DNA of 64,000 nt from Ranitomeya imitator (taxonomy: Eukaryota): positions 217,186,001 to 217,250,000 of the forward strand of contig NC_091288.1 of assembly GCF_032444005.1 (NCBI RefSeq), given 5' to 3'. The notes beneath the pieces were generated by a model. The model had not been told where the DNA came from. It saw only the letters and a program-made list of their open reading frames with translations, and made no database searches. Each line of letters opens with the position of its first letter. Within the stretch, counting starts at the first letter, position 1. Shown here piece after piece: positions 56,101-64,000 of this stretch. The position numbers were made by a program, and so were the translations under genes.

Positions 56101-58652
56101 TGTGCTCTGAGCCACGCCCCCATGGAAAACACCATAAAGAGTAACACCAAATAAAATGGCCCTTATCTCTGGAACCAAATTGCAAATTAAAAGAAAAGAA
56201 AAAATGGAAAAAAATCAAGGGAACGGCATAAATAAGAGAAAAAAACTGGGAAACTTTATTACCTTTTTTTTTCTATCACAATCTGCATAAAAAAAAAGAA
56301 GAAAATGTTGCATTTTTCACATTGACCCCTCATTCTTTTTTTAGTCTCTTCCTTCCTTTTGCTCCAGGAAATTCACATGTACATTAGAAGCAATGAACAG
56401 ACTCTGCACACGCGCATTAGATGCTTCGATATGTAAGATAGCGTTAAAGGTCATGGTGAAGGGAGGAGGAGGTGAGCTGTGACATCACCAAGTGTGAATG
56501 CTGTGCTATCTGCTGTATATAGAGGTGTCATCAGTGTAATCCTGCCTCTGCTGATAATGAAGCTGCAGTAAAATCATCCTGAATTACAAGAAGGAGGAGT
56601 ATAACAGAGTTCCCAGTGTCAAAAGTGCAAGATTGCTAATGTATCAATAATCTGATTTAAATAGGAGGTAATTCTGGACCCTGCGGCCCTGGCTCTGCAC
56701 CCCTATAGCTCCGTCCCTGGCTCTGCACCCCTATAGCTCCGTCCCTGGCTCTGCACCCCTATAGCTCCGTCCCTGGCTCTGCACCCCTATAGCTCCGTCC
56801 CTGGCTCTGCACCCCTATAGCTCCGTCCCTGGCTCTGCACCCCTACAGCTCCGTCCCCGGCTCTGCACCCCTATAGCTCCGTCCCCGGCTCTGCACCCCT
56901 ATAGCTCCGTCCCCGGCTCTACACCCCTATAGCTCCGTCCCCGGCTCTGCACCCCTATAGCTCCGTCCCCGGCTCTGCACCCCTATAGCTCCGTCCCCGG
57001 CTCTGCACCCCTATAGCTCCGTCCCCGGCTCTGCACCCCTATAGCTCCGTCCCCGGCTCTGCAGCCCTATAGCTCCGTCCCTGGCTCTGCACCCCTACAG
57101 CTCCGTTCCTGGCTCTGCACCCCTACAGCTCCGTCCCTGGCTCTGCACCCCTACAGCTCCATCCGCGGCTCTGCACCCCTATAGATCCGTCCCTGGCTCT
57201 GCACCCCTATAGCTCCGTCCCCGGCTCTGCAGCCCTATAGCTCCGTCCCTGGCTCTGCACCCCTACAGCTCCATCCGCGGCTCTGCACCCCTATAGATCC
57301 GTCCCTGGCTCTGCACCCCTATAGATCCGTCCCTGGCTCTGCACCCCTATAGCTCTGTCTCTGTCTCTGCACCCCTACAGCTCCGTCCCTGGCTCTGCAC
57401 CCCTATAGCTCCGTCCCTGGCTCTGCACCCCTATAGCTCCGTCCCTGGCTCTGTACCCCTATAGATCCGTCCCTGGCTCTGCACCCCTACAGCTCCATCC
57501 GCGGCTCTGCACCCCTATAGCTCCGTCCCTGGCTCTGCACCCCTGTAGCTCCGTCCCTGGCTCTGCACCCCTATAGCTGTGTCTGGAGCGCAGACATTAC
57601 ACAGAATATCTTGGCTGCAGTACCACTTTTGCACTGCAGGTGGCAGTTTCCATTGTTAATAACACTGGTGACATCTGCTGGCAGTTGCTGGTAATGCAAC
57701 CTAGAATATATAATTTTCAATGTAATATTTTCCATAATGAAGTGTAGACATTGGGGTAAAGTGAGGCTTGATGCAAAATAAATAACGGGCCCCACCATTT
57801 ATATTATTGGGGTCTATAATCCAGCAAACATAAGCAACTGCTTCCACTGGCAGGAGGGTAGTGGAGTCATTCATACTGTTTCCACTCGCACATTAGGAAG
57901 GCATGACAAAAATGCCACGTGAAATATGTTGCAGTGCCCCCTACTGGTCAGGGTATTATCATGGCTCCCAGCTCACCCGCTTTTGCTTTCGCCCAAGTCC
58001 TCTTCGATGGGCACCGCCAACATGGGGCGAATGCCGAGCCGCGCCAGCCGCTCCGTACAGGCCTGAATCTCAGGGAGGGTCTCTCCGGCAACAAACTGGC
58101 CGTACACCGAGCCCCTCATGCCCCATTCAAAGAGTCTGCGGCCCAGGAGCCTGCGGGACACCGAGAGAAGCTGCCGGAGAGAAGGAAGAATAATGGAATC
58201 TAGAAATAGCCTGGTCTGATACATTGTAACAAATCTCAGCAGCGAGCGCAGGACGCGCTGCGGACGGTTGTTACATTGTACGTCTGGGGAGAATCTGCTA
58301 CAACTGTAACAGACCCTCAGCTGTGCGCACAGGCCGGGATCATTCTGCCCAGTCAGGACAATCTCTCACAGAGGATCGTTTAGCCTGAATACATTGTAGC
58401 GAACCCTCAGCTGTCAGCAGTAACGTTTTCGTCGCTTACCTTGTCGGAGTTCCTCACCAGGGTGGGCACCGAGCAGAGCCGGAATATGAGCAGCCCCCGC
58501 GCCACCTCCCAGCCGCTCTTCAGCCTGAAGGCCTTTCCATCCGAAAAACTGAGCTCCGGTCCCGGCCCGTGAGCGAATGCCCTCCAGGACCAAGTCCAGA
58601 CCGGGGGCAAGAGCCGCGACCCAGAACGCAGGCGGCGGCCGAAGCGCCACAT
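53170..58652 (-). CDS. PRODH2: Hydroxyproline dehydrogenase (proline dehydrogenase 2), 10 coding exons, 458 aa
   Basis: Exons 58652-58440, 58170-57977, 55732-55612, 55516-55433, 55367-55287, 55174-55028, 54866-54700, 54577-54467, 53521-53433, 53339-53170; 1377 nt, phases consistent. Motifs SVYGQFVAGET, MQLKITAL, VLVDAEYTYVNPAL, WNTYQCYLK, FGVKLVRGAYMDKER, ASHNEESV, FGQLLGMCDHVSL, VYKSIPYGS, PYLVRRAQEN. Confidence 0.93.
53553..54448. repeat. 41-bp satellite filling PRODH2 intron 8
   Basis: Unit ctgctgagccgtgtatctaatcctctcctgtgtgatactgt; spacing 53581 to 53622; about 22 copies. Confidence 0.95.
56688..57578. repeat. 28-bp minisatellite in PRODH2 intron 2
   Basis: Unit ctatagctccgtccctggctctgcaccc; spacing 56703 to 56731; about 32 copies. 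Confidence 0.95.
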
Positions 58653-58848
58653 GATGAGTGCACCTGGCGGACTGCAGCGAGCGCGGGGGGCAGTCAGCGA
58701 CCAATGACCGTGGGACGGCGGCAGCTGTGTACATAGGTGATGTCCCCACCGCAGGGGATGACGGGGTTAATACACAGCCTGTATGTATATAGGGACGGGA
58801 CACTTATTAACCCATTGCTGAACGTATCACCAGCAGCCGACCCGCGCA

Positions 58849-61579
58849 GGGGGCAATGTAATAAAGGTCAGCCATGGCCTGGGATGACACCGCCGAGCAA
58901 TGCCCACATCCACCACCAGGGGGCAATGTAATAAAGGTCAGCCATGGCCTAGGATGACACCGCGGGGCAATGCCCACATCCACCACCAGGGGGCAATGTA
59001 ATAAAGGCCAACCATGGCCTAGGATGACACCGCGGGGCAATGCCCACATCCACCACCAGGGGGCAATGTAATAAAGGTCAGCCATGGCCTAGGATGACAC
59101 CGCGGGGCAGTGCCCACATCCACCACCAGGGGGCAATGTAATAAAGGTCAGCCATGGCCTAGGATGACACCGCGGGGCAATGCCCACATCCACCACCAGG
59201 GGGCAATGTAATAAAGGTCAACCATGGCCTAGGATGACACCGCGGGGCAATGCCCACATCCACCACCAGGGGGCAATGTAATAAAGGTCAGCCATGGCCT
59301 AGGATGACACCGCGGGGCAGTGCCCACATCCACCACCAGGGGGCAATGTAATAAAGGTCAGCCATGGCCTGGGATGACACCGCGGAGCAATGCCCACATC
59401 CACCACCAGGGGGCAATGTAATAAAGGTCAGCCATGGCCTAGGATGACACCGCGGGGCAGTGCCCACATCCACCACCAGGGGGCAATGTAATAAGGGTCA
59501 GCCATGGCCTAGGATGACACCGCGGGGCAGTGCCCACATCCACCACCAGGGGGCAATGTAATAAAGGTCAGCCATGGCCTAGGATGACACCGCGGGGCAG
59601 TGCCCACATCCACCACCAGGGGGCAATGTAATAAAGGTCAGCCATGGCCTGGGATGACACCGCGGAGCAGTGCCCACATCCACCACCAGGGCGCAATGTA
59701 ATAAAGGTCAGCCATGGCCTGGGATGACACCGCGGAGCAGTGCCCACATCCACCACCAGGGGGCAATGTAATAAAGGTCACCCATGGCCTAGGATGACAC
59801 CGCGGAGCAATGCCCACATCCACCACCAGGGCGCAATGTAATAAAGGTCAGCCATGGCCTGGGATGACACCGCGGAGCAATGCCCACATCCACCACCAGG
59901 GGGCAATGTAATAAAGGTCACCCATGGCCTGGGATGACACCGCGGGGCAATGCCCACATCCACCACCAGGGGGCAATGTAATAAAGGTCAGCCATGGCCT
60001 GGGATGACACCGCGGAGCAATGTCCACATCCACCACCAGGGGGCAATGTAATAAAAGTCACCCATGGCCTGGGATGACACCGCGGGGCAATGCCCACATC
60101 CACCACCAGGGGGCAATGTAATAAAGGTCACCCATGGCCTGGGAGGACACCGCGGAGCAATGTTCACATTCACCACCAGGGGGCAATGTAATAAAGGTCA
60201 CACGGCCAGGGATGACACCGCGGGGCAATGCCCACATCCACCACCAGGGGGCAATGTAATAAAGGTCACATACGGCCTGGGATGACACCGCGGGGCAATG
60301 CCCACATCCACCACCAAGGGGCAATGTAATAAAGGTCACTCATGGCCTGGGATGACACCGCGGAGTAGTGCCCACATCCACCACCAGGGGGCAATGTAAT
60401 AATGGTCAGCCATGGCCTGGGATGACACCGCGGAGCAATGCCCACATCCACCACCAGGGGGCAATGTAATAAAGGTCACCCATGGCCTGGGATGACACCG
60501 CGGGGCAATGCCCACATCCACCACCAGGGGGCAATGTAATAAAGGTCAGCCATGGCCTGGGATGACACCGCGGAGCAATGTCCACATCCACCACCAGGGG
60601 GCAATGTAATAAAAGTCACCCATGGCCTGGGATGACACCGCGGGGCAATGCCCACATCCACCACCAGGGGGCAATGTAATAAAGGTCACCCATGGCCTGG
60701 GAGGACACCGCGGAGCAATGTTCACATTCACCACCAGGGGGCAATGTAATAAAGGTCACACGGCCAGGGATGACACCGCGGGGCAATGCCCACATCCACC
60801 ACCAGGGGGCAATGTAATAAAGGTCACATACGGCCTGGGATGACACCGCGGGGCAATGCCCACATCCACCACCAAGGGGCAATGTAATAAAGGTCACTCA
60901 TGGCCTGGGATGACACCGCGGAGTAGTGCCCACATCCACCACCAGGGGGCAATGTAATAATGGTCAGCCATGGCCTGGGATGACACCGCGGAGCAATGCC
61001 CACATCCACCACCAGGGCGCAATGTAATAAAGGTCAGCCATGGCCTGGGATGACACCGCGGAGCAATGCCCACATCCACCACCAGGGGGCAATGTAATAA
61101 AGGTCACCCATGGCCTAGGATGACACCGCGGAGCAATGCCCACATCCACCACCAGGGCGCAATGTAATAAAGGTCAGCCATGGCCTGGGATGACACCGCG
61201 GAGCAATGCCCACATCCACCACCAGGGGGCAATGTAATAAAGGTCACACGGCCAGGGATGACACCGCGGGGCAATGCCCACATCCACCACCAGGGGGCAA
61301 TGTAATAAAGGTCACATACGGCCTGGGATGACACCGCGGGGCAATGCCCACATCCACCACCAAGGGGCAATGTAATAAAGGTCACTCATGGCCTGGGATG
61401 ACACCGCGGAGTAGTGCCCACATCCACCACCAGGGGGCAATGTAATAAAGGTCAGCCATGGCCTGGGATGACACCGCGGGGCAATGCCCACATCCACCAC
61501 CAGGGGGCAATGTAATAAAGGTCACCCATGGCCTGGGATGACACCGCGGAGCAGTGCCCACATCCACCACCAGGGGGCA
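58849..61579. repeat. 70-bp satellite, each unit with a CTCF-consensus motif on the plus strand
   Basis: Unit caccaccagggggcaatgtaataaaggtcagccatggcctaggatgacaccgcggggcaatgcccacatc; about 39 copies; the final unit ends CCACCAGGGGGCAGC. Confidence 0.95.
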
Positions 61580-62063
61580 GCAAAGGGGGAAATCTTCTCT
61601 ACAGACCACTATGCACAATATCGGGGGCTCGGCCCCCATTATCCAGGTGGAGCACAATGGTTCTCAGCAGGGACGGCGGTCTAAGGAACATTCCGGGTGA
61701 AGAGGATGCACTGGAGGGGCACGACGCAGGAACTGTAAAGAATCAGGCTCCGTCCCTGCAATTACTGAGCTCCACCACCAGAGGGAACCGCTGCACCCCA
61801 ACCTCCTCCTCTTAAAGAGCCCTTGTCCCAATTTTTTTTTTTTTTTTTTTTTTAAGCCTTGATTGATCTGTGGGAACGGTCGCATCTGTCCAGAGTCCAA
61901 ACCCGAGGATTTATGTCACGGAGCAGCAGCTGAAACAATTCTCACACGGTAAAGTTACAGTCCGCTGCTGGAGTGGCGGAGGATGGGGAATGTCCTAGGT
62001 GACCCGTCCCTTTAAGGTCATACAGAAAGTATACAGAGATGGCGCGGAGTTCGCTCCAATATC

Positions 62064-62069
62064 TTTATT
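62064..62069 (-). terminator. Likely EIF3C polyadenylation signal (AATAAA on minus)
   Basis: tttatt on + about 85 nt downstream of the EIF3C stop codon. Confidence 0.55.
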
Positions 62070-62151
62070 AAGAGACATGATGGCAACAAAGTACATAAAA
62101 ATGACAGACAGATGGGCGGCGATCCAGAGGTCCGGAGCCAGGCCGGACAGA

Positions 62152-63027
62152 TCAGTAGTTGTTCTGGTTCTGCTGGTCTCGCCGGTAGCCGCGCCGCATG
62201 TAGCCGCCCTCCTTCCTCTGGTACGAGTCTTTTTGGTCTGGAGAAATTAGAGAAAGAAGACGTAAGAGAAGATGGAGGCGCGATGACTCAACGTCACCAC
62301 CAGAGGGCGCCGCTGCACACACTTCCAGCCTCTCAGGGCATGCTGGGAGCTGTAGTTCTGCAGCAGCTGGAGAGCCACATGTGACCCCTGAAAGACTGCT
62401 CAGATAAGACAGGATGGAGACAAGCGGCATCAGATTGTGCGGTGCCGCTCATCTCCAAGATGAAGAAATGGTGACGAGATGCCAGCGCCCCACCTTCATC
62501 CCCACCCCCTGTTGCAAAACTACAACTCCCAGCAAGTCCTAACAGTTGCCGTCTGGGAGTTGTAGTTTGGCCACAGATTGGAAAGTGCTGCATTAGAGGG
62601 AACAGGAAGTGAGGTGTGCAGTGCAGTAAAGCTTCCCCGCCCTCAGGATGATGGATGTGGAAGAGAAGCCATCATGAGCAGAGAAGCCCCTGAACCAGTC
62701 GCCGTCCATCTGCTGCACAAGTACAACTCCCAGCATGCTCTGACACGCTGGGAGTAGTACTACTACAATAGCTGGAGAGCGGGAGGGATGAGGAGGGTTA
62801 ATGACGAGGTGACGGTGAGAGATGATGAGCAGGAGCCTGCAGCGCGCACAGCCGGCCTCACCGCGGTTGAAGTATCCCCCGTAGCTGCCCTGCTTGTGGT
62901 CGAAGATGCGCTCGTTGTTCTCCACCAGGTTCCCGAGCTTCTCCGCCAGCTGCAGAGCCGTGTTCTGGAGGGAACTGGGCTCCGTGCCGTGCATCACCAC
63001 CGTCTGGGTGGGCTGATCCAGGGAAGC
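62152..63027 (-). CDS. EIF3C: Eukaryotic translation initiation factor 3 subunit C, last two coding exons (gene continues beyond the window)
   Basis: Exon 63027-62862: [55 protein letters not shown]; exon 62237-62152: [32 protein letters not shown], phases match; matches the eIF3c C-terminus. Confidence 0.92.
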
Positions 63028-63059
63028 CTGCGGGGGAGAATGGGGGCCGTCAGAAAGGA

Positions 63060-64000
63060 GGGACGGGGAGAAGAAGAGGAAGGGGAAAGGTGCGGTGTGA
63101 AGACGAGGAGGGCGAAACGGCGCGAGGCGAAGAGAAGAAGGGGGAAAAAATGCAGTGCGAAGAGGAGAAGGGGCAAAAGCGCGGTGCGAAGAGGAGAAGG
63201 GGGAAAAGCGCGGTGCGAAGAGGAGAAGGGGGAAAAGTGCGGTGCGAAGAGGAGAAGGGGGAAAAGTGCGGTGCGAAGAGGAGGGGGGAAAAGTGCGGTG
63301 CGAAGAGGAGAAGGGGGAAAAGTGCGGTGTGAAGAGGAGAAGGGGGAAAAGTGCGGTGCGAAGAGGAGAAGGGAAAAGGTGCGGTGTGAAGACGAGGAGG
63401 GCGAAACGGCGCGAGGCGAAGAGGAGAAGGGTAAAAAGCGCGAGGCAAAGAAGAAAAGGGTAAAAAGCGCGAGGCAAAGAAGAAAAGGGTAAAAAGCGCA
63501 ATGCAAAGAAGAGGAGGGGAAAAAAGGCGAGGCAAAGAAGAAAAGGGTAAAAAACGCGAGGCAAAGAAGCAAAGGGTAAAAAGCGCGAGGCAAAGAAGAA
63601 AAGGGTAAAAAGCGTGAGGCAAAGAAGAAAAGGATAAAAAGCGCGGTGCGAAGAAGAGAAGGGAAAAAGCGTGAGGCAAAGAAGAAAAGGGTAAAAAGCG
63701 TGAGGCAAAGAAGAAAAGGGTAAAAAGCGCGAGGCAAAGAAGAAAAGGGTAAAAAGCGCGAGGCAAAGAAGAAAAGGGTAAAAAGCGTGAGGCAAAGAAG
63801 AAAAGGGTAAAAAGCGCGAGGCAAAGAAGAAAAGGGTAAAAAGCGTGAGGCAAAGAAGAAAAGGGTAAAAAGCGCGAGGCAAAGACGAAAAGGGTAAAAA
63901 GTGCAAGGCAAAGAAGAGGAGGGGAAAAAAGGCGAGGCGAAGAAGGGGAAAAAGCACGAGGCGAAGAAGAGAAGGGGAAAATGCGTGAGGCAAAGAAAAG
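63060..64000. repeat. Purine-rich ~27-28-bp minisatellites in an EIF3C intron
   Basis: gcggtgcgaagaggagaagggggaaaa-type units grade into aaaagcgcgaggcaaagaagaaaagggt-type units; explains Phe/Leu/Ser-rich and Arg/Lys-rich ORFs. Confidence 0.9.

Noticed and set aside
58807-61657. Repeated 62-93-aa ORFs
   Set aside because: Products of the 70-bp satellite.
62593-63993. 466-aa Phe/Leu-rich membrane-like ORF and the Arg/Lys-rich antisense ORFs
   Set aside because: Low-complexity intronic repeat read through into the genuine EIF3C exon; only 63027-62862 is coding.

Overview
Repeat-dense vertebrate genomic window, most likely from a frog (amphibian-type L2, Penelope, Tc1 and MITE families; species not determinable from sequence alone). 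Splice-site and frame reconstruction by eye gives four complete multi-exon genes and the 3' end of a fifth: CABP5 (-, 172 aa), an unnamed WD40-repeat gene (+, 10 coding exons, 366 aa), an ADP-ribosylarginine hydrolase (-, 8 coding exons, 359 aa, catalytic SDDT/DSDS intact), PRODH2 (-, 10 exons, 458 aa) and the last two exons of EIF3C (-). Two microexons at the left edge may belong to another minus-strand gene. About a third of the window is tandem repeat (units of about 19 to 110 bp), and most long ORFs in the supplied track are artefacts of these arrays. Notable structure: (1) two unrelated satellites (76 bp and 70 bp) each carry one CTCF-consensus motif per unit, start about 200-240 bp upstream of the ADPRH and PRODH2 start codons, and point in divergent directions; (2) the 13.1-kb first coding intron of the WD40 gene is almost entirely 86-bp satellite plus a young full-length Gmr1-type (PR-INT-RT-RH) Gypsy element with apparently identical LTRs but inactivating lesions; (3) a non-coding LTR retroelement (48443-52908) is recognisable only from TSD, PBS, PPT and diverged LTRs, and it also sits inside a satellite unit; (4) a degenerate hammerhead ribozyme lies at the 3' end of a Penelope element.
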